DNA of 64,000 nucleotides from Candidatus Poribacteria bacterium (GCA_022394755.1 JAGFCA010000023.1:17342-81341), one strand, 5' to 3'. Shown: positions 29,585 through 38,975, counted from the first letter of the stretch. Translations and numbers: made by a program. The notes: generated by a model not told the origin, from the sequence alone.

Positions 29585-30011
29585 CCCATAAGTATTTAAA
29601 GTGTAACATACAAAGTTGTGGATGTCAATGTGATGTAATACATATTATTCAAATAGGGAAGGTATTTTCTTATTTAGTTTGTATGCTTATATTATCAGTT
29701 TAGTTCCATTACAATGGTAGAAATTCTTGACTTAACAACTATTCAGATGTATCATTAATTCAATCTATGACTGTAATTTACTCAACACTATCGTGAGTTA
29801 GATAATTGATATTTGATTCAGAAAGGTTACAAACCTATACTGATGAGTCCAGTCTATAAGAATACTATATTTGGATAAATGTAGTTTATCCAGTATTATC
29901 AGACTCATTTTCAATACTATAAATAGACATACCTATATTACTGTTATCTGAATAGTTCTATATTTCTCTCAGTAACACTATTTTGGTAATATAAATATTT
30001 TAAGGAAATTA

Positions 30012-30539
30012 ATGCAATATTTACCTTTGTTTAAATGTGTATCATTACTTCAATCTAAAACTATAGATAAATTACCAATTGTAACGCTAAAAACTGATAA
30101 AGGAAACATAAATATTGAACTGTATCCAGAGTGTGCACCACTTACCGTAGAGAATTTTTTAAAATTAGTTGATTCTGGCTTCTATAATGGTTTAGTTTTC
30201 CATCGTTATGTAAAGGGCTTCGTGATACAAGGTGGAGACCCTGATGGAAATGGAACAGGTGGTCCAGGTTGGACAATTCCTGGTGAATTTCAGGATAAAG
30301 CATTAAAAGATAAAATGCCCAAACATGAGAAAGGTGTGATTGCTATGGCAAGAAAGCAAACACCTAATTCAGCTGGAAGTCAGTTTTACATTTGTATTAA
30401 TGATGATACAAATGGATATACACATTTAGATGGAAATTACACTACATTTGGTAGAGTTGTTGAAGGTATTGATATTGTTGATAATCTTCGTGAAGGTGAT
30501 AAAATGTTAGATGTAACAACGAATATTGACGAAGAATAA
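30012..30539 (+). CDS. Peptidyl-prolyl cis-trans isomerase, cyclophilin type
   Basis: FHRYVKGFVIQGGDP, GTGGPGW and NSAGSQFYI motifs. AAGGAA RBS. Confidence 0.9.
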   Translation: MQYLPLFKCVSLLQSKTIDKLPIVTLKTDKGNINIELYPECAPLTVENFLKLVDSGFYNGLVFHRYVKGFVIQGGDPDGNGTGGPGWTIPGEFQDKALKDKMPKHEKGVIAMARKQTPNSAGSQFYICINDDTNGYTHLDGNYTTFGRVVEGIDIVDNLREGDKMLDVTTNIDEE

Positions 30540-30580
30540 TTTTAACATTTTACCCTAATGGATGTTAAAGGTTTAAATAT

Positions 30581-31636
30581 ATGGAAGAATGGAAACAACT
30601 GGTTAGAGATACTGTAAATACACCTGAAAAACTTGCATCAGTTTTTGATGTCGACATCGAAGAACTGAGACGTATTCACAAAGAATTTCCTATCCGAATT
30701 AATCCCTATTATCTAAGCTTAATTGAGAAACCGGGTGATCCTATATGGAAGCAAGTCGTTCCTGATCAACGCGAATTAATTAGTACTGGTGTTGAAGATC
30801 CTCTCCACGAAGAAGACGATAGTGAAGTACCGAATGTAACACACAGATATCCCGATAGGGCACTTTTCTATGTTAATTATATGTGTCCTATATATTGTCG
30901 ATTCTGTACCAGAAAAAGAAAAGTTGGTGATCCACACTCAATCTCTGAAGATAACGTAGAAATTGGTCTATCATATATTCGATCCCACCCTGAAATACGG
31001 GACGTTATTATCTCAGGGGGTGATCCTCTTATGTTGACAGATAAGAAGATTGAGATGATTGTTGGCGGACTTAGAGAAATTGATCATCTTGAGATAATCC
31101 GAATTGGATCCAGAGTTCCAGTTACACTGCCACAAAGAATCACTCCAGAATTATGTGGTATATTAAAGAAACATCATCCATTTTATATTAATACCCATTT
31201 TAATCATCCTCGTGAAATTACTCCTGAAACAGAAAAAGCATGTGGTATGTTAGTTGATGCTGGAATCCCTCTTGGTAATCAGACTGTTCTATTGAAGGGT
31301 GTGAATGATGATCCGGATGTAATGGTGGAATTGATGAAAGGTTTATTGCGTATACGTGTTAGACCTTATTATATATATCAAGCAGATCTCGTTGTTGGGA
31401 CAGACCACTTTCGTACAGCAGTTCAAACAGGTTTGGATATTGTATCAGCATTACGTGGTCATATATCTGGTCTTGGCGTCCCACACTATGTCATTGATGC
31501 CCCTGGTGGTGGTGGTAAAATAGCATTAACCCCAAATCCAGTTGTTGCATTTGATGACGATGAAATCAAATTACAGAATTATGAAGGGAATGTATATAGT
31601 TATCCGAGTACACCCTTCTATGATGAAGATTGGTAA
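30581..31636 (+). CDS. KamA-family radical SAM protein (lysine 2,3-aminomutase / EpmB-like)
   Basis: CPIYCRFCTRK (CxxxCxxC), SGGDPL, and family-typical N-terminus and length (351 aa). Confidence 0.85.
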   Translation: MEEWKQLVRDTVNTPEKLASVFDVDIEELRRIHKEFPIRINPYYLSLIEKPGDPIWKQVVPDQRELISTGVEDPLHEEDDSEVPNVTHRYPDRALFYVNYMCPIYCRFCTRKRKVGDPHSISEDNVEIGLSYIRSHPEIRDVIISGGDPLMLTDKKIEMIVGGLREIDHLEIIRIGSRVPVTLPQRITPELCGILKKHHPFYINTHFNHPREITPETEKACGMLVDAGIPLGNQTVLLKGVNDDPDVMVELMKGLLRIRVRPYYIYQADLVVGTDHFRTAVQTGLDIVSALRGHISGLGVPHYVIDAPGGGGKIALTPNPVVAFDDDEIKLQNYEGNVYSYPSTPFYDEDW

Positions 31637-31674
31637 CTCCCAATTTTTTTATTCCCAAACGACATTCAGTATAA

Positions 31675-32457
31675 TTAATCCTCATCATCTTTATTATCTT
31701 TCCCTTGGTTTAGAAACGGGGTTAATAGATCAATTGGGATAGGAAATACAATAGTAGAATTCTTTTCTGCACTAACTTCGACCATTGCTTGAAGGAAACG
31801 TAATTGGATAGCAGTAGGTTTCTTACTAAGGAATTCTGCTGCATCAGTTAGAATCTCTGCAGACTCAAATTCCCCTTCGGCATGAGTTATTTTCGCCCTT
31901 CTTTCTCTTTCGGCTTCAGCCTGTTTTGCCATAGCTCTTTGCATTTCTGCAGGTAGATCAACCTGTTTAATCTCCATTGTATGAACTTCAATGCCCCAAG
32001 GATCACACTGCTCTTTAATTATATTCTTTAGATCCTCATTCAGTTTATCCCGTTCTGATAGAAGGTCATCTAATTCTGCCCGTCCTAACACACTCCGTAA
32101 AGTGGTTTGGGCAACTTGAGAAATAGCAAAACCAAAATCTTCAACTTCAATGACTGCTTGATCTGGTGTTTTTACTCTGAAGGTAAGTACTGCATTTACA
32201 GATACCGACACATTATCTTTTGTGATGATATCTTGTGGCGGAACATCGTTAACAATAACTCGTAAACTCACTCGTTGAACACGCTCAATCCAAAAGGGAA
32301 TTAAGATGATAAATCCAGGACCACGTGTTCCAACAAGCCGTCCTAATCGAAAAACAACTGCTCGTTCATATTCCTTCAATATCCTTACACTCGTCAGAAT
32401 CATAACAACTACACCAATTGCTATGGCAAAATAATACGCTGGAATTTGTTCAGGCAT
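31675..32457 (-). CDS. SPFH/band-7 (stomatin/slipin-like) membrane protein
   Basis: N-terminal TM, then [16 protein letters not shown]...TKDNV.V.V.AV..FRV and a C-terminal coiled coil [16 protein letters not shown]. Confidence 0.85.
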   Translation of the reverse strand: MPEQIPAYYFAIAIGVVVMILTSVRILKEYERAVVFRLGRLVGTRGPGFIILIPFWIERVQRVSLRVIVNDVPPQDIITKDNVSVSVNAVLTFRVKTPDQAVIEVEDFGFAISQVAQTTLRSVLGRAELDDLLSERDKLNEDLKNIIKEQCDPWGIEVHTMEIKQVDLPAEMQRAMAKQAEAERERRAKITHAEGEFESAEILTDAAEFLSKKPTAIQLRFLQAMVEVSAEKNSTIVFPIPIDLLTPFLNQGKDNKDDED

Positions 32458-32476
32458 TAAATGTTCCTTTCTATAT

Positions 32477-33490
32477 TCATTTACCTGTAATTTGTTTTAT
32501 CTTATTAAAGAAAGCTTTTTTACGGGAAGTGTTAATTTGCCATTGAACAGGTACAGATTGATACCCATGACAATAATCATTTTCACCAGGATCAAAATAA
32601 CCCCATGATGCATATTCATTTATGGCAGCGACACAGTTGTTGAATGGTTTATCAAAATCAAAATGGTCATCTTCATTGAAGAGTATAGGCATCGGTTGAA
32701 ATCCTTTAACTTCACGTGTTTGCTCAACCATTTGAACGATACGATTTGGATCACTGACACCATTACCATGAATTAAGATAAAATCAGAAGTATTGACAAC
32801 ATTCTCTTCAGGTACACGGCCTCCACCATAACTTGTACCAACTAAGTAATTTCTTCCATCCCGTTTAATGGATCGTACATGTTCTATCAATTCATGTACT
32901 CTCTCTGGTTGTAAAATTTCATGTGAATATCTAACATTACATTCGTTATTCACCTCAACAATGACATTCCTATAATTATTATCAAACAACCAATTGGTGA
33001 TATTATCTACTGCATGTATAACAGCATGTTCATCGTCTATTCTGTTATCTTGTCCAAAATAGAAATAACCAAGAATAACAACCATACCTAATTCATCAGC
33101 AAAATCAATAATTCTTTTTAACCGAGAGAGATAGTCTTGATTGAGAGTTCCATCCGATTCGATACCAGAATTATGCCATGGTTGTGCCTTTGAATATCCT
33201 TCAGGACTTCCACCTTGTAGATTTATTGTAAAAGCTAAGATTCCATGTTCTCGCCAAGATGGCATTGCAGCTAAGAATTCCCTTGTGTTCCGTTCGGCAT
33301 CCCATCTACCTGTATCTGGATAATTCCATAGATTGACTGTTTCAGGATTTCTATCATCAAAGATACCTTGAACCATACGGGTGTTTAGTAGCAATCCTTC
33401 TATTTTTTTATCATTAAAATAACGTCCTTTATAGGTGATTTCACCATTAATGTAAAAAGCATCTTCTATAATCTCTACAATAGTGTTCAT
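32477..33490 (-). CDS. Putative TIM-barrel glycoside hydrolase (clan GH-A-like), function unknown
   Basis: The ORF is solid (RBS AAGGAGAG before ATG 33490). [10 protein letters not shown] resembles the NE acid/base strand of clan GH-A enzymes. Family not recognised. Confidence 0.35.
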   Translation of the reverse strand: MNTIVEIIEDAFYINGEITYKGRYFNDKKIEGLLLNTRMVQGIFDDRNPETVNLWNYPDTGRWDAERNTREFLAAMPSWREHGILAFTINLQGGSPEGYSKAQPWHNSGIESDGTLNQDYLSRLKRIIDFADELGMVVILGYFYFGQDNRIDDEHAVIHAVDNITNWLFDNNYRNVIVEVNNECNVRYSHEILQPERVHELIEHVRSIKRDGRNYLVGTSYGGGRVPEENVVNTSDFILIHGNGVSDPNRIVQMVEQTREVKGFQPMPILFNEDDHFDFDKPFNNCVAAINEYASWGYFDPGENDYCHGYQSVPVQWQINTSRKKAFFNKIKQITGK

Positions 33491-33636
33491 CTCTCTCCTT
33501 TCGGATGATATTGCTGTCAATCAGATTTACAGGTAGGATGGATATGAGTAGTAATAATAACTATTATTTACATTCCATTAGAAATGTATTATAGCAGCAA
33601 ATGAACTGATAGGCAATTCGAGAATAAGAATAGGAT

Positions 33637-33938
33637 GTGTAAATAATTTGTCACTATAGGTAATTTTTTGTTTCTGAATCGCAGATTACACAGATTACGC
33701 AGATTAGAGTGTTTGGAGAGGGTAAGGAGTTAGATCACAAACTAACAGTTTGAGGTACAAAGAGGTGTTTACAGTCAATACCCTGGATTTTATCGGAATC
33801 GGCTGAGGGAGGGTACAGGATCTTGCAGAATCGGTGATCGGAATCCCGGTATCAACGGTATGATTGCCATTTAGGTATTCACCGCCTACAGAAGAGTCTA
33901 CTGTTTCAAATGACAACTATAGTGACAAAAGTTTACAC
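33637..33938. repeat. About 300-bp element bounded by imperfect terminal inverted repeats (MITE-like or long-range RNA stem)
   Basis: Left GTGTAAAtaaTTTGTCACTATAG (33637-33659) versus right CTATAGTGACAAAagTTTACAC (33917-33938). The 13-bp core is perfect and the 7-bp outer part is perfect after a 2-3 nt bulge. The interior is GC-richer than the flanks. Confidence 0.45.
33682..33708. repeat. Three tandem 9-mers CAGATTACA/CAGATTACG/CAGATTAGA
   Basis: Read directly. A degenerate second copy (CGGATTACA TGGGTTACG CAGACAATG) is at 35401-35427. Confidence 0.8.
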
Positions 33939-34033
33939 ACCCTGGACCTACCTTTTTACGGAATTCTATATTATCATTCAGAAGGTTATGTATAGTTTTT
34001 GACATTAATATCTCGGATCATATAGATTATAGC

Positions 34034-34169
34034 TTTCAGAGTAACAGTGTAATTTTCAGAGTAAATACGTTAGGTGTTGTTTAATATTTCCTACAAAGTC
34101 AGTGATAGTCTGGGTTCCTATGTGTTTCTAAAATTGCTGTTTCTTTGATTTACTCTGAATACTCTGAAA
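34034..34169. repeat. Four TTTCAGAGTAA-type boxes (two direct, two inverted)
   Basis: tttcagagtaac 34034-34045 and tttcagagtaaa 34054-34065 (20-bp phasing). Reverse-complement copies at 34149-34160 and 34158-34169. Confidence 0.75.
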
Positions 34170-34508
34170 ATTAGTAATTATTATGTGAATTCCAACTTGT
34201 GTATAGTTTATTGGTCATATCTCAAAAATCATTATATTGAGAGTGCTTTATTCCTTACCAAGTCTATATTATACCATTTTAGAAATTTAAGTCTCATTGA
34301 TATTGGATATTCTTCAGGTCCAATCTCCAATATCGCGCCGTGAGGTTGCTCTCACAGAAGATAGATTTGAATAATATACAATTTATTTGATGGTTTATTA
34401 TTTATTTGAATTGGTATTATATTGAAACAAGGGTAATTCTATTGTAAGTTTACCGCTTTTTTTATGATTCTCAATAGTAATATTTATGTTATTTATATGT
34501 TGAATAAA

Positions 34509-34535
34509 GTTACACTTTTTGTCACAAAGTGTGAC
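34509..34535. promoter_or_regulatory. Palindromic box GTTACACTTT-N7-AAAGTGTGAC (operator-like)
   Basis: Read directly. Related boxes at 39543-39564, 35666-35680, 29598-29607 and 39807-39816. Confidence 0.35.
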
Positions 34536-34819
34536 ATTGATAAAACCTCTATCCCCCAGTGCCACACTATGTTTATAGCCACTTTTTTATTGTAACAAGA
34601 ATTTGCATAAATGATATATTCTTTGTCTTTTTCTATTATTCTAATGGCTTGAATCAGAATCCTATGAATGTGATAGTTCTTAAACGTCCATTTTATCAAG
34701 ATATTAATACATATCTGATAAATAATAGATTTGGAAGAATCATTGTTCAGACACTGTATAATATATCGAAAATACGAATATGATGCATATTCTTTCCTCT
34801 ATTTACACATTTTATAAAT

Positions 34820-35043
34820 TTTCATAGTTACCAGTTTAGATTATGTGGTACTGAAGTGCTCTAACTCCAGTTCACTACTGACTTTAGAGGTTGTTACAGT
34901 GATATGTTATTTTTCATAGTAACTATGAAAGTTTAAATTATTCTTACCTTATAAAACATCGATAAACATAGTATGGTACTTGATTCATGACTAATTTTTC
35001 AATATTGTCTAATATGAGTGTTACTATGAAATATTTTCATAGT
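34820..35043. repeat. Five TTTCATAGT(A)AC boxes, including a 9-1-9 and a 9-3-9 palindrome
   Basis: 34820-34828 single box. 34912-34930 is TTTCATAGTaACTATGAAA. 35023-35043 is ACTATGAAAtatTTTCATAGT. These differ by one base from the TTTCAGAGT boxes upstream. Confidence 0.75.
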
Positions 35044-35482
35044 ATAACTGCAATGATTAAGTGATTTATGAATAAGAGATATTTGACATCAGGGTCGAAA
35101 TAGTAACACACCAATTCTTAATGTTATGTTCATATATAAACATAATAAAAACACATATGTTAAGTACAAATTAGCATATGTGATATATTTACATATAGTT
35201 ATTTATTTATGTAAATTTAGTAATAGTTTACTAATTCATTATTGTTCCTTATGTTGCTTTTTGGTTAGGTTTTCTTCAATAATTCTTCAACTAATATTAG
35301 GTAGCTGTGTTTTAGCTGAATGTTCTATGTGTTAATTCATTGCTTATTATTTTGGGTTTTTGTGGTGGAAGGATGGTATATGTCAGGATCGGAGATTTCA
35401 CGGATTACATGGGTTACGCAGACAATGTTATGTTTTTTGATTTCTGTCACTAACCGTGGCTTAGTGTTTTGTGTCAACGTTT

Positions 35483-35565
35483 TTTCTACACACCTTTCGC
35501 TCCTCTGGAGCTTGTATCTTGGTTAGTCTGGTCTTTCTACACACCTTTCACTCCTCTGGAGCTTG
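35483..35565. repeat. Two 32-bp direct repeats, each carrying a GCTCC-TCT-GGAGC hairpin
   Basis: tttctacacacctttcGctcctctggagcttg (35483-35514) and the same sequence with G to A (35534-35565). 51-bp period. Confidence 0.85.
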
Positions 35566-35971
35566 CGGAAATACAAGGAATCAGGATTCGGAGATCCTTC
35601 CTAAAATGGACAGAATTCATAGAGTGAAGCCTATGAATCAAGACAAAGTTGTAGATATTCTGATACACTTTTGTAAAGTGACAAATAGTTTAAACACCTA
35701 TAAGAATTGAAAAGGTTATTTTTAAATAAATCTGATAGATAAGAATGTATACAGGTGTATAGTTATACACAGAACTATAATTTCATTGACTTGTTATATA
35801 AAGCATGGATAATATTGTATTACATCAAACAATTAGATTTTCAATATTATGATTAACACGTCATAAAAAGAAATATACGTAAAACTACATTCTCCCTTTT
35901 AATGACAATAAACCGTATTTGAACTTATATAGTTGATTCCCCACATTTTCAATGACTACAAGGAGTTAGAT

Positions 35972-37369
35972 TTGAGTAGACCTAATATATTATTCATCAT
36001 GTCTGATGACCATGCATCTCATGCGATGAGTTGCTATGGAAGTCGTATTAACCAAACACCGAATCTTGACCGGATTGCTGATAATGGTATGATTCTGGAG
36101 AACTGTTTCTGTGTAAATTCTATTTGTACACCAAGCCGTGCAAACATTTTAACTGGTAAACATAGTCATCTCAACGGTGTCAAAACGTTGGGTGATCCAA
36201 TGGATGGAAAAACACCAAATGTTGCCAAAATGCTACAAGCCGATGGATATCAAACCGCTATGATCGGCAAATGGCATCTTGGTCATGGTGGAGATGCAGA
36301 TCCAACAGGGTTTGATTATTGGAATGTCTTACCGGGGCAAGGGGATTATTATGATCCCGTTATGATTGATGAGAGTGGAAGAACGAAGTATGAAGGATAT
36401 GCAACTACACTCATTACCGACTTCTCATTGGATTGGCTACAACACCGAGACAAAGATCAACCATTTTTTCTCATGAGTCATCATAAAGCGCCTCACCGTC
36501 CCTGGGATTCTGATCCTAAACATGCAAATCTTTTTGAAGATGGTGATGTGCCTATGCCTGATAACTTTTTCGATGATTATTCTAATCGTTCAAACGCAGC
36601 AAAAGATGCAAAGATGCGGGTTTATGGTCATATGAACGATAGAGATCTAAAGATAGATAAACTTGGTCCGCCACCTGATGGATTATCCGATGAAGAACAG
36701 GCTAATTGGAATTATCAACGTTATATAAAAGAATATCTCCGTTGTGTTACATCCATTGATGAAAATGTTGGAAGATTGCTCGATTACCTTGAAGAAGATG
36801 GAATTGCTGATGATACAATGGTAATCTATACCTCTGACCAAGGATTCTTCCTTGGTGACCATGGATGGTATGATAAGCGATTTATGTATGAAGAATCCTT
36901 ACGTATGCCTTTTATTGTTAGTTATCCGAATGCAATTGAAGCAGGAAGCTCTACAGATGCTATGTCATTAAATATAGATTTCGCAGAAACATGGCTTGAT
37001 TATGCGGGAATAGACATTCCAGAAGATATGCAGGGTAAAAGTTTACGACCAGTACTTGAAGGAAATACACCAGATGATTGGCGTAAGTCCATGTATTACC
37101 GTTATTGGATGCACCTCTCACATCATTATGTCCCAGCACATTATGGGATTAGAACCCATAAACACAAACTTATCTATTACTATGGAGAAGCACTCGGTAC
37201 ATCTGGTTCTATAGACGAACCGAAAGAACCGGAATGGGAACTTTTTGATCTAGAAAATGATCCAGATGAAATGTGTAGTGTCTATGATGATCCGGCTTAT
37301 GCTGATGTCGTCTCAGAATTAACTTCAGAACTTTATCGTTTAAAAGAAGAAGCTTTAGATGATGAATAG
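35972..37369 (+). CDS. Sulfatase (formylglycine-dependent, Cys-type)
   Basis: NILFIMSDDH and CTPSRANILTG (CxPxR) motifs, plus GKWHLG. TTG 35972 is preceded by AAGGAG at 6 nt. The longer ORF from TTG 35933 is possible. No signal peptide with either start. Confidence 0.85.
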   Translation: MSRPNILFIMSDDHASHAMSCYGSRINQTPNLDRIADNGMILENCFCVNSICTPSRANILTGKHSHLNGVKTLGDPMDGKTPNVAKMLQADGYQTAMIGKWHLGHGGDADPTGFDYWNVLPGQGDYYDPVMIDESGRTKYEGYATTLITDFSLDWLQHRDKDQPFFLMSHHKAPHRPWDSDPKHANLFEDGDVPMPDNFFDDYSNRSNAAKDAKMRVYGHMNDRDLKIDKLGPPPDGLSDEEQANWNYQRYIKEYLRCVTSIDENVGRLLDYLEEDGIADDTMVIYTSDQGFFLGDHGWYDKRFMYEESLRMPFIVSYPNAIEAGSSTDAMSLNIDFAETWLDYAGIDIPEDMQGKSLRPVLEGNTPDDWRKSMYYRYWMHLSHHYVPAHYGIRTHKHKLIYYYGEALGTSGSIDEPKEPEWELFDLENDPDEMCSVYDDPAYADVVSELTSELYRLKEEALDDE

Positions 37370-37421
37370 ATTGATGTAATAGTGTATACTCAATTTCTAC
37401 AGAATTCATTGGAGGTTAATA

Positions 37422-38447
37422 ATGGCTAAGAATAATCCTTTAGATAATATTGATCCGGGTATGAAGGTAACAGCACAGATGTCCCCTGAACCCAGTGAAG
37501 CAGATTTGGAATTTGCAAAGCAGATGGATGTAGATTATGTTGTTCTCTGGACAAATGGGGCAAATGCAAATTACGATTATTTCATGAGTCGTCGTGAAAT
37601 CTTTGAGAATGCTGGTTTGAAGATATATGGGTTTGGTAACAGTGATGTCCATAACCAAGATGGAATTGTACTGAATTTAGAGAATAGAGATGCGAAGATT
37701 GAACAATATAAGCAGTACATACGGGATTTAGGCAGAGCAGGTATACCATATACTACTTATGCCCATATGGGTAATGGTATTTGGAGTACAGATAGAGAGA
37801 CAACAAGAGGTGGAGCGAGTGCTCGTGCTTTTAACCTTGATACAGCTACAGTAGGTCATTGGGGTGGTCAGAAATATGGAATGCCTTTGTCTCATGGACG
37901 TGAATTTAGTGAAGAAGAAATATGGGATAATTATACCTATTTCATTCAACAAGCTGCACCTGTTGCAGAGGAAGCAGGAGTGATGATAGGTATCCATCCT
38001 GACGATCCACCTGCACTGCACCTCGCTGGAATTCCAAGATGTATCTTTAGTAGTTTTGAAGGGTACAAACGTGCACTTGAAATCGCTGATAGTCCAAATG
38101 TTGGGATGTGTTTCTGTGTTGGATGCTGGCTTGAAGGTGGAGATCTGATGGGTAAAGATGTATTAGAATCAATCAGATATTTCGGTGAACGCGGTAAGAT
38201 TTTCAAGGTTCATTTTAGAAATGTAGATCAACCCCTACCTCATTTTGTTGAAACATTTGTTGATAATGGCTATCAGGATATGTACCAAGTTGCCAAAGTC
38301 TTACGAGAAGTTGATTTCAACGGTGTTATGATTCCTGACCATATTCCAAGCATGGCAGGTGACCACCGTGTTGGAACTGCATATACAATCGCATATATGA
38401 ATGCATTAGTAAAACGTGCTAATGAGGAAGTCGCAATGTTTAACTGA
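37422..38447 (+). CDS. uxuA: Mannonate dehydratase
   Basis: PVAEEAGVMIGIHPDDPP...GIPRC, KVHFRN, NGYQDMYQVAKVL and MIPDH blocks match my recollection of E. coli UxuA. GGAGG RBS. TGA stop. Confidence 0.75.
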   Translation: MAKNNPLDNIDPGMKVTAQMSPEPSEADLEFAKQMDVDYVVLWTNGANANYDYFMSRREIFENAGLKIYGFGNSDVHNQDGIVLNLENRDAKIEQYKQYIRDLGRAGIPYTTYAHMGNGIWSTDRETTRGGASARAFNLDTATVGHWGGQKYGMPLSHGREFSEEEIWDNYTYFIQQAAPVAEEAGVMIGIHPDDPPALHLAGIPRCIFSSFEGYKRALEIADSPNVGMCFCVGCWLEGGDLMGKDVLESIRYFGERGKIFKVHFRNVDQPLPHFVETFVDNGYQDMYQVAKVLREVDFNGVMIPDHIPSMAGDHRVGTAYTIAYMNALVKRANEEVAMFN

Positions 38448-38504
38448 TTTTCCCAAACCATATATAAATTTGTTATTATTTTTGGATGTAGTTGGAATAA
38501 TAAT

Positions 38505-38565
38505 AGCGTCAATTTTCAATGACTTTTCTTGAATCACAGAAATGGTCATGAATTGACGCTTTTTA
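38505..38565 (+). terminator. Rho-independent terminator after uxuA
   Basis: AGCGTCAATT (38505-38514) pairs with AATTGACGCT (38551-38560). Inner ATGAC/GTCAT and TTTCT/AGAAA pairings, followed by TTTT. Confidence 0.6.
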
Positions 38566-38975
38566 ATTTAATGTGTAGTTGATAATGAGTAAACTCTCTC
38601 AAGATTTTAAGATTTTTGATGGATATATAAAGATAGTGTTTCTTGGGATCATTTTCACAGTCCTATATAATGTCAAAACATCTCCTGAAAAAGAAAGAAG
38701 TTTATCACTTTACCGTTCTTGACATAAATGTTCAATTAGTGTAGTTGAATGAAACAGGTATGCAAACTTTGTATAACTATATGTACCAAAAATTAAATAA
38801 AAAATATTGAAGAAAAACAGATTATTATGCAACTAAAAATAAAAAGAATAGCAATTAAAATTGATTACATAACGGTAGTAATATATAATTATGTATTATA
38901 TCACAATAAATGGATTTAAATTTACTATTTTACTCTATTGTGTTATAATATATTGCACATATAGTGATAAATATT

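Noticed and set aside
33800-33860. Cobalamin-riboswitch-like string (GAGGGAGGG...GGTGATCGGAATCCCGG)
   Set aside because: The resemblance is superficial, limited to the GGTG..AATCC core. I could not find a B12 box or the expected pairing, and no downstream gene is within 2 kb on that strand. The string lies inside a repeat-rich element.
35483-35565. Possible CRISPR array (32-bp repeats with an internal hairpin)
   Set aside because: Only two repeat copies, separated by a 19-bp spacer that is too short. No further repeats and no cas genes in the window.
34493-35710. Small ORFs of 60-79 aa in the AT-rich desert (34493-34699, 34559-34783, 35126-35335, 35320-35526, 35471-35710)
   Set aside because: They overlap one another, lack an RBS, and are rich in I/F/Y/L/C codons as expected from AT-rich or repeat DNA. 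The 35471-35710 ORF simply translates the two 32-bp repeats.
33521-35932. Chromosomal or plasmid replication origin (AT-rich with repeated boxes)
   Set aside because: I saw no TTATCCACA-type DnaA boxes and no dnaA, dnaN, rep or par genes nearby. The boxes do not resemble any origin motif I know. The idea survives only as a low-probability alternative within the findings.
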